Positions 9,021 to 17,900 of a stretch of DNA of 64,000 nt are shown in pieces; positions within the stretch are counted from its first letter, which is position 1, and each line of letters opens with the position of its first letter. The stretch lies in contig OY761558.1 of assembly GCA_963664725.1 (NCBI GenBank), forward strand, positions 3,007,024 through 3,071,023, in the 5' to 3' direction. The notes beneath the pieces are model-generated. The model worked only from the letters and a program-made list of their open reading frames with translations, had not been told where the DNA came from and did not search any database. The DNA is from Dehalococcoidia bacterium. GTDB taxonomy: Bacteria; Chloroflexota; Dehalococcoidia; Lucifugimonadales; UBA3495. Made by a program: the position numbers and the translations under genes.

Positions 9021-9084
9021 CGGATTTGACCCAGCTCTCCGCAGGCAGCGCGGACCGGATCGACGGATTTGACCCAGGTCTCCG
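9021..9084. repeat. Two 21-bp direct repeats CGGATTTGACCCAG(C/G)TCTCCG
   Basis: Copies at 9021..9041 and 9064..9084 share 20/21 positions. They lie inside the ORF-free stretch. Confidence 0.8.
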
Positions 9085-9096
9085 TCCCCGGTCCAG

Positions 9097-9203
9097 TCCG
9101 GCAGTTGGAGTCTGACGCAGGTCCTCCGGCTGCCGGGCGCCCGCTCCGCGGTTCGGGGTTGCCCCCGGGTCGCTGGGCACCCGTCCGGCAGGTTGGAGTT
9201 GAC
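9097..9203. repeat. Imperfect direct repeat pair TCCGGCAG(G)TTGGAG(TC)TGAC
   Basis: Copies at 9097..9116 and 9184..9203. The first is part of the hairpin CCGGCAG...CTGCCGG (about 9098..9136). Confidence 0.6.
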
Positions 9204-10018
9204 CACTCCACTCGCTGGGCGGCGGAGACGTAGCGGTTGGTCCCGCTCCGTTTCCACCCTGGCCGAGGCGTTCGTGGGTTTCCCCCGCGGCGCCCCGGCC
9301 AGGACCCTCAACCCACCGAGGCGCACGGCGGCGTCTTACCAGGAACCCCTATCCCAGGCGCGGAATCCCGACCCAGCGGCGCACCATAATCCCAAGGAGG
9401 TAGCCTACAGAAACAGCACGGCGTCCCGGATTTCCTCACCCACTGAGTGCACCCGGCGGAGCGGTTCGACCCGCTGCGCTGGTTTCTCACGACGCGGCTG
9501 GAACCAACAACCGGCTCCGGCTGCTTCCCCACGCCTGCGGCGTAGCTGCTGAACACGGACAGCGGCGCCGCAGGTTCCGCACGCTCCGGTCGGCGGCCTT
9601 ACGGTCGCGGGGCGGACGCTTGACGTTGCAACGCGGTTGCCACCGGGCAGGCCAGTGACCAAGTAGCCCGTTGCCGCGCCGCATTCCCCTTCACTCACCC
9701 ACGCAACATCAGCCCCGGAATGACTCCCTGGGCGAGCTGCGCCCTGCGCCAACCCACGTCCGTCCTTTGGTTGGATTGCCCGACCCTGGGAGACGTGCGC
9801 CTTGCGCCGGACGCCTGCTCCGAGCGGCTGACTCTCGCCGTGGGCCAACTGCGCCCGTCGCCAATCCCATCGCGGCGTCTTCCATCCGTTGGCTCACCGT
9901 GGGTGGAGCGTGTCCGGCGCCGGGAGGCAGGTCCGGCTTCAAACAGCCTTCGCAAATCCAAGGCGGCCGGATGAGCCGCCACCGACAAACAAACATCCAA
10001 CAAGTACAAGTTTGCACA

Positions 10019-10064
10019 CGAGCGGGGCCGTCCCTTTCCCACGGAAAGGAGGCGGCCCCGCTCG
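10019..10064 (+). promoter_or_regulatory. Long GC hairpin immediately upstream of the RBS of gene 10086..11090
   Basis: CGAGCGGGGCCG (10019..10030) pairs perfectly with CGGCCCCGCTCG (10053..10064). An inner CCTTTCC/GGAAAGG stem closes a 3-nt loop. GGAGGA lies 10 nt downstream. No U-tract follows, so this is not a classical terminator. Confidence 0.45.
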
Positions 10065-10085
10065 CTGCGTTTCGGAGGAATGAAC

Positions 10086-11090
10086 ATGTTCACTAACACC
10101 AACACCACCAGCACCGGCACTGGCACCGGCATCGGCATCGGCATCGACGCCAACCACAACCACAACAGCAGCGGACACCCCGTCGCCAAAACCCGCGGGC
10201 AGGCGCTCGACTCCGGCGCCGCCACCGACGAAACCACCGCCAGGGCTGGCCGGGCCGAGAGCGCCCTGGCCGCAGCCGCCCGGCAGCGCGGCCTCACCAT
10301 CGGGGAACTGGCCGCCCTGATGGGCGTAACTCCCTCCCACCTGTCCCAGGTCGCCCGGGGCAACAAGCCTCTCACCACCAACATGGCCGCCAAAATCGAG
10401 GCGGTCCTGGGCGAGATCCCGCCCCAGGGCATCGTCTACCGCCAGGGCGGCGTGGTTCACGGCGGACGGACCACCTACGTCCGGGAGCGGGCCCGGGAGC
10501 AGGGCCTGACCCTGCGGCAGGTGGCGGACCGGGCCGGAATCAGCTACGGCTACCTGGTCCAGGCCTCCCGGGGACATCGCAACCTGAGCCCCAAAGTGGA
10601 GAAGCAGGTGGAGGCGGTGTTGCAGGCCCCGGTGAAGGTGGAAACGGCCGATGTCGCCGACATTGACCCCCGGGTCCTGTGGGAGCGCATGGACGCCCAC
10701 GGAATATCGCAGAACGAGGTGGCCCGGCGGGTGGGCATCAGCACCGGGTACCTGTCCCAGGTGATGAACGGCCAGAGGAAGCCTTCAGCGAAGGTGCTCC
10801 GGGGCCTGCACGACGTGCTGTTCGCGCCGTCGCCGGCCGAGTTGGTGGCGCCGGTGGAAATGAAGGTGATGGCCTGGAAGAAGGGCGGACGCAACGGGGT
10901 AGTGGTCAAGGGCGCCGGCGGGCCGGGCGGCGATACGATTCGCACCGGCGGTCGGATACCCTGGGGCGCCCAGGTGGAATTCGCCTACACCACCGGCTAC
11001 GACAGCCGGGGCCGGGTGTCGGTGAACCACGTCGTGGACCAGCGGAGTTGTTCGGCCATGCTGAAGCGGCCGGAGCGGCGCGGGGCGTAA
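10086..11090 (+). CDS. DNA-binding protein with three tandem XRE/Cro-type HTH domains
   Basis: Three copies of the XRE pattern are present: GLTIGELAALMGVTPSHLSQVARGNKPL, GLTLRQVADRAGISYGYLVQASRGHRNL and GISQNEVARRVGISTGYLSQVMNGQRKP. The N-terminus is low-complexity Thr/Gly/Asn/His. The second ATG (10086) is preferred because GGAGGA directly abuts ATG 10080. Confidence 0.8.
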   Translation: MFTNTNTTSTGTGTGIGIGIDANHNHNSSGHPVAKTRGQALDSGAATDETTARAGRAESALAAAARQRGLTIGELAALMGVTPSHLSQVARGNKPLTTNMAAKIEAVLGEIPPQGIVYRQGGVVHGGRTTYVRERAREQGLTLRQVADRAGISYGYLVQASRGHRNLSPKVEKQVEAVLQAPVKVETADVADIDPRVLWERMDAHGISQNEVARRVGISTGYLSQVMNGQRKPSAKVLRGLHDVLFAPSPAELVAPVEMKVMAWKKGGRNGVVVKGAGGPGGDTIRTGGRIPWGAQVEFAYTTGYDSRGRVSVNHVVDQRSCSAMLKRPERRGA

Positions 11091-11206
11091 CCAGGGCGCG
11101 GGAGCGTCACGCGGCGTCGAACCGCAACGGCGGTTGTCCGTCGGGGAGGGGGGTGAGTTGAATGGTACGGCGCCCCCCTCTCTCCGTGCTGGCGGCTCCT
11201 GGTGCG

Positions 11207-11263
11207 GCACGGATAGGCACGGATAGGCACGGATAGGTACGGATAGGTACGGATAGGGCACGG
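11207..11263. repeat. Tandem repeat, 5 full copies plus one partial copy of the 10-bp unit GCACGGATAG
   Basis: GCACGGATAG x3, then GTACGGATAG x2, then GGCACGG. The array sits between convergent genes and abuts the stop codon of the minus-strand gene at 11264. Confidence 0.9.
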
Positions 11264-11917
11264 CTAAAGGGCGGACGCAGCGTCTGCCCTTGGCTGCCAG
11301 GGCTGCCACTTCACGGAAATCTCCAGCTCGCCGCCCAGGGTGCGGGCCGCCTCGCCGCGCGACACCCAGGAACCCCCGCTACAGCGTCGTTCACCTGACC
11401 AGGACTCATGGCTGCTCCATCCATCCCCTCCAGGTTGGCGGCGCATGGCTTCCCGAAACCGCCCGGCCACCACGTCATCCAACAGTTCCGTGAACCTCAC
11501 GAACTCATCCTCCGGCTGCTCGCCGCAGGCGTCGCAGTGACAGGAGGGGAAGCCGTCGGTGAACCAGCGGCCGGCACGGACCTCAAGGCCGGGGGAGGCG
11601 GTGAAGGCGATGGTGATGGGCGCGCCGGTGTCCCGGAGCGGCGTCAGCCTAATCGTTGGCCTGCCCAGCGGGGCGCGTTCCAGCCGGTCGTCCATTCCCT
11701 CCCCTTCGTCCCGGACCACCTCGTACTCCCTTTGCAGCTGCGCCGCGGCCTCCAGGGCCCAGTCGTGCAGCGGGAGGAAGCGCTCCGAGTCGGTGAAGCG
11801 CGAGTAGGCGTCGTCCAGCGGTTCCTCTCCCCCGGCGCCGCCGGTGAGGGCCGCGTAGCTGAACCAGCCCTCGCTCCGCTCTCCTGAATGGTCCCGTTCC
11901 ATCCATCGCGATTCCAC
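11264..11917 (-). CDS. Hypothetical protein with a CHCDACG motif (resembles an actinobacterial DUF family from memory)
   Basis: Coding-like composition, with the motif FPSCHCDACGEQPEDEF. GTG 11917 lies 7 nt after GGAGG. The track start at 11986 is a TTG without an RBS. Confidence 0.6.
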   Translation of the reverse strand: MESRWMERDHSGERSEGWFSYAALTGGAGGEEPLDDAYSRFTDSERFLPLHDWALEAAAQLQREYEVVRDEGEGMDDRLERAPLGRPTIRLTPLRDTGAPITIAFTASPGLEVRAGRWFTDGFPSCHCDACGEQPEDEFVRFTELLDDVVAGRFREAMRRQPGGDGWSSHESWSGERRCSGGSWVSRGEAARTLGGELEISVKWQPWQPRADAASAL

Positions 11918-12045
11918 GGCGCTACCTCCCCTGAAGGAAATCTCGGTGTGGTCGCCACCGCCCCGGTGGGACTTGCTCCATTCCAAGTTGGCAAAGGCAT
12001 TTTCACCCGGGCCGGGGAGGGTACGCTTCGGTAGTCCCCGCCGGT

Positions 12046-13479
12046 TCAGCCTTCTTCCGCCTCCGCCCCGGCCTGCTCCAGGGCCAGCCGCCTCTCCTCT
12101 ATAATGGACGGGTCGCCGGGGAACCGGCGCAGGATCTCGCCGTAGTCCGCCACCGCCTTCTCCGGTTCCCCCAGGCCGAGGTACACCAACGCCCGGTGGC
12201 GCCGGGCCTCCACGTTGGCGGGGTCCAGGTCGATGGCCCGCCCCAGGTCCTCCACCGCCCGGCGTCCCTGCCCCAGGTGGGCCAGGGCGTACCCCCTCAT
12301 GTGGTACGCCACCGACTCTTCGGGCATCAGCTCCACCAGCCGATCGTAGTCCTGGAACGCCCCCTGGTGATCTCCCAGGGCGGTGCGGGCCATTCCCCGG
12401 GACAGGTAGGCGCCCACGTTGTCCGGGTCCATCTCGACGACCGCGCTGAAGTCCTCCATCGCCTTATCGTGCCGGCCCAGGTTCACGTACTCCGTGCCCC
12501 GGCTGTAGAGGACGAGGGTATTGCCCGGGTCCTGCTCGATGACCCGGCTGTAGTCCTCTATGGCCCGCTCGTGCCGCCCCAGGTCGGCGTGGGCCAGCCC
12601 CCGGGCTGCCAGGGTCTCGGCGTTGCCCGGGTCCAGCTCCAGGGAGCGGTCCAGTTCCGCCATCGCCTCGTCGTGGCGGCCCATGGCGCCCAGGGCCACG
12701 CCCCGGCCCCGCCGCGCCGGGGCATTGTCCGGGTCCAGGGCGAGAACGGCGTCGAAGTCGTCCAGCGCCTTCTCGTACTCTTCCAGGTTCACGTGGGTGA
12801 TTGCCCGGGCGTAGAAGGCCAACCCGTATTCCGGTTCCAGTTCTATGGCGGCGTCCAGGTCCTCCAGGGCCTTCTCTATCTCCCCCAGGTCGCGGTATGC
12901 GTGGGCCCGGTGATAGTGGGCCTCCGGTTCCTCCGGGTCCAGTTCCGTGGCCCGGCCCAGGTCCTCCAGCGCCAGCAGGAGCTCGCCCATCTCGGCGTGG
13001 GTCACCCCCCGGTTGTAGTATGCCTCGGGATCCTCCGGGTCCAGCAGGATGGCCACGTCGAAGTCGCTCATCGCCCCGGCCAGGTCGCCCAACTCGGCGC
13101 GGCACCCGCCCCGGCTGGAGTGGGCGGCGGCGTTGCCGGGGGACAGCCGGATGGCGGTGTCGTAGTCCGCCACCGCCAGGCGGTGCTCCTCCAGTTCGCC
13201 GTAGACCCGGGCCCTATCCAGGTGGGCGCCCGCGTTGCCGGGTTCCAGGGCGATTACCCGGCCGTAGTCCTCGGCGGCGCGGCGGTAGTCCCCCACCTGC
13301 TCGTGGGCCAGCCCGCGCGCGGACAGGGACTCGGTGTCCTGGGGGTTGGCCTCGATCACTCCGTCCAGGTGCTCGATTATCCGGCCCAGCCCATCTTGTC
13401 CCAGGGCGTTCATCATCCGCAGGAACTCAGCGTAGTCCACCTGCGGCTCCATCCCGTCGTGTTCATGTTCTTCCGTCAT
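12046..13479 (-). CDS. Tetratricopeptide (TPR) repeat protein
   Basis: About 12 consecutive 34-aa repeats of the form A..Y.RG.A...LG....A..D...AI.LDP....A. ATG 13479 (MTEEHEHDG) follows GGGGAAG. The longer track ORF adds an Arg/Pro-rich leader. Confidence 0.85.
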   Translation of the reverse strand: MTEEHEHDGMEPQVDYAEFLRMMNALGQDGLGRIIEHLDGVIEANPQDTESLSARGLAHEQVGDYRRAAEDYGRVIALEPGNAGAHLDRARVYGELEEHRLAVADYDTAIRLSPGNAAAHSSRGGCRAELGDLAGAMSDFDVAILLDPEDPEAYYNRGVTHAEMGELLLALEDLGRATELDPEEPEAHYHRAHAYRDLGEIEKALEDLDAAIELEPEYGLAFYARAITHVNLEEYEKALDDFDAVLALDPDNAPARRGRGVALGAMGRHDEAMAELDRSLELDPGNAETLAARGLAHADLGRHERAIEDYSRVIEQDPGNTLVLYSRGTEYVNLGRHDKAMEDFSAVVEMDPDNVGAYLSRGMARTALGDHQGAFQDYDRLVELMPEESVAYHMRGYALAHLGQGRRAVEDLGRAIDLDPANVEARRHRALVYLGLGEPEKAVADYGEILRRFPGDPSIIEERRLALEQAGAEAEEG

Positions 13480-13966
13480 TGCGATCTTCCCCTGCGTAAT
13501 AATGTCTCTCCATCGGGCCGGTTTCCCGGGGCATAGCCGGGCGCTCCTGGATGGAATGACCCCCAGGCCACCGTACGGAACAACCGCCGCTGCCGGCCGG
13601 AGTCCGGCCCGCAGGCCGCATTGATGTGTTGTCAATGTGTCCGTCGCGGTCTCCGCCGGTTCCTGGCGGGACCGCCGCCAGCGGCAGGTCTATGATGGGA
13701 CAGACGTCACTTCAATGCAACGGCCTTCCGTCATAGGGCGCTATGCCCCCATGCGGCTGCTGTGAACGGGCGGCGGGCGAGCGGTGAGAGGGTACCCTTG
13801 CCTCTGCCATAGCCGGAACCGGAGGAGTCGGATGTTCTGGATTGCGCCTGCTGCCGGGCGCTGCCGATTCGGTTGGCGGCGGTGAACACTCCAAACTGTT
13901 ACGCCTGCGACTTGCCGTCGTCGGGCGGGATGGCTATGTAGGCCTCCCTTTTCGCGTTCCAAGCCC

Positions 13967-14212
13967 TCAGTCGGTGAACAGGTGTCCCAGGCCGAAGGAG
14001 TCGGCCAGGGCCAGCAGCGCCATCAGGTGCTCCCCGTTGGGCCGCACCCCCTGGTCCCGCCAGCGCCTCAAGGTCTCGGGGTCGACCCCCAGGCGGCGGT
14101 AAATCTCCGCCCAGGGAAGCTCCGACTCCCGCTGGAATCGCTTGAGCCGCTCCCCGAAGTCGCTGGGGAATTGGTAGGTGATCCTGCTGTGGTGGGTGCG
14201 CTGTCTCGGCAT
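13967..14212 (-). CDS. Small HTH-domain protein
   Basis: 81 aa from ATG 14212, with a GAAGGA RBS. LPWAEIYRRLGVDPETLRRWRDQGVRPN is HTH-like. The track start at 14254 is a TTG. Confidence 0.55.
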   Translation of the reverse strand: MPRQRTHHSRITYQFPSDFGERLKRFQRESELPWAEIYRRLGVDPETLRRWRDQGVRPNGEHLMALLALADSFGLGHLFTD

Positions 14213-14440
14213 CGGCAGCGTCCTTCGGTAATGTGGCAACTCCAATGGGGCCAAATGAATACGAGCGTCCAGCCGCAGGCGGACTCCCGCGTTCGTGAGC
14301 CTATGGTACGGCGGATAACGCCCACTCTAGCCGCTCTCCAACTCCCTAAGCGCGTTGGCTGGGGTGGAATCCATTATTTGGACAGGGTCAGGCCACAAAT
14401 CAGTGGGACTCCTGCACCGCTCCGTATGATACCAAAACTA

Positions 14441-14476
14441 TGGTGGGGAATTAGCTTGGCTCGCTAATCCCCACCA
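14441..14476. terminator. Long hairpin at the G+C transition, possible bidirectional terminator
   Basis: TGGTGGGGAATTAGC (14441..14455) pairs with GCTAATCCCCACCA (14463..14476) with one bulge. Flanks on both sides are T-rich. Confidence 0.3.
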
Positions 14477-14535
14477 TTATTAGAACATATGAGCACAACA
14501 TTGTGCTACTCTGGACCTTAATAAGGATTAAAACT

Positions 14536-14739
14536 ATGGCTAGCGAAAGCCTGAACAACGCGGGTTTCCCTCCAAATGGGCGCTGCTACGATTGCGGCCA
14601 ACTGGCCAACCGGGGCCGGCACTATTGCTCGGGAGGTGACAGCCAAATCGTTGGCACTCTGCTCGCCAACCCCGTAACGGCGGCTAATATGCGCCGGATT
14701 ATCCAGGATCACCTAGACAGCTTGCCGGAAGCAGCATAA
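14536..14739 (+). CDS. Small hypothetical Cys-containing protein
   Basis: ATG at 14536 (MASESLNNAGFPPNGRCYDCGQLANRGRHYCSGG...). A clean intrinsic terminator follows directly. The RBS is weak. Confidence 0.45.
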   Translation: MASESLNNAGFPPNGRCYDCGQLANRGRHYCSGGDSQIVGTLLANPVTAANMRRIIQDHLDSLPEAA

Positions 14740-14752
14740 CCAATAGGAACCA

Positions 14753-14779
14753 GGGGGCGGGAATGCCCGCCCCTTCTTA
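14753..14779 (+). terminator. Rho-independent terminator
   Basis: GGGGCGGG-AATG-CCCGCCCC followed by TTCTT. Confidence 0.7.
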
Positions 14780-14870
14780 CATAATGCCCAAAATTCGCTC
14801 CCGCTCCCGTAAGACTTCAGTAATGCAAATGCCTATAGTGTATGCGAAGCAATTATGCAAGGAGGATGAT

Positions 14871-14921
14871 ATGGAACGTCGGACCCGGGCCGGGACCGGG
14901 AACAAGAATCACAAATGTTAA
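14871..14921 (+). CDS. 16-codon upstream mini-ORF (MERRTRAGTGNKNHKC) in the leader of the surface-protein gene
   Basis: A strong AAGGAGG lies 7 nt before ATG 14871. The stop is 12 nt before the main ATG 14934. There is no evidence beyond the RBS. Confidence 0.25.
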   Translation: MERRTRAGTGNKNHKC

Positions 14922-14933
14922 GGGAGATATCAT

Positions 14934-17900
14934 ATGAGAAAATTAATCAATCCGATTCTTAGCTCGGCCGTGGTAATGGCCCTGGCTCTGGCCGCCGTCT
15001 TTGGCGCAATGAGCCTGGCTAATCCCGCCTACGCCGCAACGCCTTCTGGCCTAACGGCAACGGGTGCCGACAATTCGGTAGTTCTGAAGTTCCGGGATCA
15101 GACAGGCATCAACGCTGACAACTGGGAGGTTCAGCACAGAGAAGATGAGGTTGGTGTAGCTTATTCTGACTGGGCAGATGCTGATGAGGCTCCCTATGCG
15201 GTGACGGCAGAACCTATCACCGGCACGGAGCCAGTAACATCGTCCAGCATGGTAACTGTTACCGTGAGTGGTCTGGCAAATGAATCGGAATACTGCTTTA
15301 GGGTTCGTGAGCAGGCCACAGACGGTAGCCCCAGCGGCGCCGCAGGTCCGGTCTGTGCCGTCCCGAACGAACCGCCGGACATCACTGCTTACAGTGAATT
15401 TACGGTGGAGCCGGGCGATGATGGTGGCTCCCTGGACGTTGAATGGGAAGCGGCTGAAAGCAAACAGGATGCGTGGCAGTATCGGGTTGATGTTGATGCC
15501 GATTATGACAGCTCAACTGATGCCAAGATGGGCAATTGGAGAATGGTGCCGGGCGTCACGAACGACGACGAAGGCGAATTTACAATCTCCAATTTGGAGT
15601 CATTGCCAACCACGGTAATGATTAGGCCGGTGGCCCTATACGATACCGGAAATATTACCGGTTTCGAAGGCGGTGGCACCGACACCGCTAACCCCGTCGT
15701 CGCAGTCCCGGTCCCCGCCAAGCCCACGGTTACGGCAAAGGCGGGCAATGGAATGGTTACTCTCAGTTGGAAGCCAGCCTACATGGACAGTGGCATAAAG
15801 GGCTGGGAGTACAGGCACGATACGACTGCGGACTTTACCGATGACGGCGAAGGCTGGACTTCAGTCCCTGCATTGAGTAGTGACGGTACGGAAATAGCTT
15901 CTGGAAATTCTGGCTTTACCGATGCTTGGAAGGCCATGCGTATGGTGGAAGTTCCGGATTTGGACAACGATACCGAATATACCTTCGTGGTGCGGGCTGT
16001 GTCAGAAGGACCTGCAATTGGAACCGCTGACACTAGCGAGGCTGATGACGAGGGCGGCGACGCCTCAGACCAGGAAATGGCGACGCCGGTTGAGCCGACA
16101 CAGTCCACCTTGAAGGAAGGCGGCATACCCAACCCGCCCATGCTCGGCATCGGGGATGCAGAAGTCAAAGATCTGAGCATGTATTTCAACCAGGGCGCAG
16201 GCTCTGGAGCTATTGAGCGCTACGACGTAATCGTAGCTGGCACGGACAACGTTGCAGTAACGGGCACCAGGGCCGCAATGGATGGTACAAGGTACACCGA
16301 AACTGGCGTTATCACCGTTACCGGTCTCCGGGAGGGCATTGCGGTGGTTACCGTGATCGCCGTTGCCGAAGACAGCGATAATTTTGACGATGTTTCTGCG
16401 TCCTTCACGGTTACCGTCGGTGACGTTGCAGAGGCGGTCAACACCGCCGCCGCTCGGAGCGGCTTCATAACGGACCGGACCCTGACTGTAGGAGCCAGTC
16501 AGACGCTGGACGTAAGCAACTATTTCACTGACGGCGAAGGGAACGGCCAGATCACCAACTACACCTTTATGTCCGACGACGCAGCGGTAACGGTCAACGC
16601 CGAGTCTGCTGTTGGACGGCTGGACATCACTGCCGCCGCCGTGGGTGAAGCGACCATAACCGTCTATGCCGTCGACGGGAACACCGCCGATAACCCCATG
16701 CAGACCTTCAACGTCACGGTGGAGGCAACTCCGGTTGACCCCGACGAAGGCTCCACTGCTGCCAGCGTATCGGGGACGGGCATTCCTACCCAGAGCGTAA
16801 CTATTGGCACGGCCACGGTAGTTGATGAAGCCACAGTCATGGCCGCATTCACTGCAGGTACCGGTACCGGTATGATCGCCAGCTACTCCGTGAGCAGCAC
16901 CGGCGGCTCAAGCCTGATTGCCCAGTACGTTACGGGTCATGGCGTTCTGCTGAATGGCTACAACGCAGGGGGCGCGCTGGTAACGGTAACCGCCCACGAC
17001 GGCCATGGCGCTGCCGACCCCTCGGTAACGTTCCTGGTCAATATCGTGGAGCCGGACGCTGTTGTAGTGGACGCTCCGTACACTCCCCGGACTCCCATGG
17101 GTTCCATGGTGGATCCGATGAGCGACGCGTACACCTTCACCGCTTCCAGCGATGAGCCGGGTGACGGCGCTCGCTACGACATCAAGATCGCCGTAATGGG
17201 TGCGATCGACACCCTGAACGACGAGCTGGAAATCAAGCTGGAAGACTTCGGCTTCCCCTCCAGCGTGTCGCCCAGCGACATCGGTATCACCGTTAACGAA
17301 GAGGACGGCGCCGGACAGGACCGCCGGTTCAGCCCGGACACGGTGACGGCGGGCAGCGACAAGCTGACCATCACCCTGGGCGACATGCTGACCCGCGACG
17401 ATGACCGCGAGGACTTTGAGATTAGCGCGGGGAGCAACATTGACATCGTAATCCGCCAGAGCGCGGGGATAACCAACCCGACCGAGGCCAAGGGTGACGA
17501 CTACGGTCCGAAGGTAACCATTGGTACCGAGGTCATCGACGGCTTCGAAAACAACGCCGATTATCCCATGATGCAGCTGCGCGTCCCCCACGTGGTGAAG
17601 CTCAGTGAAGAGGACGGCGGAGTCGGCGACATTCTTACGGTCGAGGGCCTCGGCTTCAAGAACGGCACGACCATCCACTTCTTCGTGGACAAGGACGAGG
17701 ACATGTTCCTGGATCCTGACGAAGACGTATTATGCTCGGATCCCATCGTTGGCGGTGACGACGTGGGCAGTTGCGAGTTCACCGTCACCACCCCGACCTT
17801 TAGCGGCGGCAGGAACGTCGTCAACGCGGTGGACGGTCGCGACAACTACGACATCGACCCGGACGGCGACCAGGAGTTCGTGTTGAAGCCTTCGCTGACG

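Noticed and set aside
8349-9326. 325-aa minus-strand ORF, and other 60-250-aa ORFs, across 8.3-10.7 kb.
   Set aside because: They are Arg/Pro/Gly-rich with no RBS, they overlap each other in all frames, and they overlap the 3' end of a real gene. I treat the region as non-coding.
8781-10085. Possibility that the ORF-free stretch is a group II intron, tmRNA, RNase P RNA or another known large RNA.
   Set aside because: I could not find a domain V-like GAGC..GAAA..GYUC element, a GUGYG 5' end, a tag-peptide reading frame or other signature motifs. It is kept only as an unclassified candidate.
12196-13536. 446-aa + strand ORF and the 213/232-aa ORFs inside the TPR gene.
   Set aside because: They are antisense or off-frame shadows of a gene with about 12 obvious 34-aa TPR repeats.
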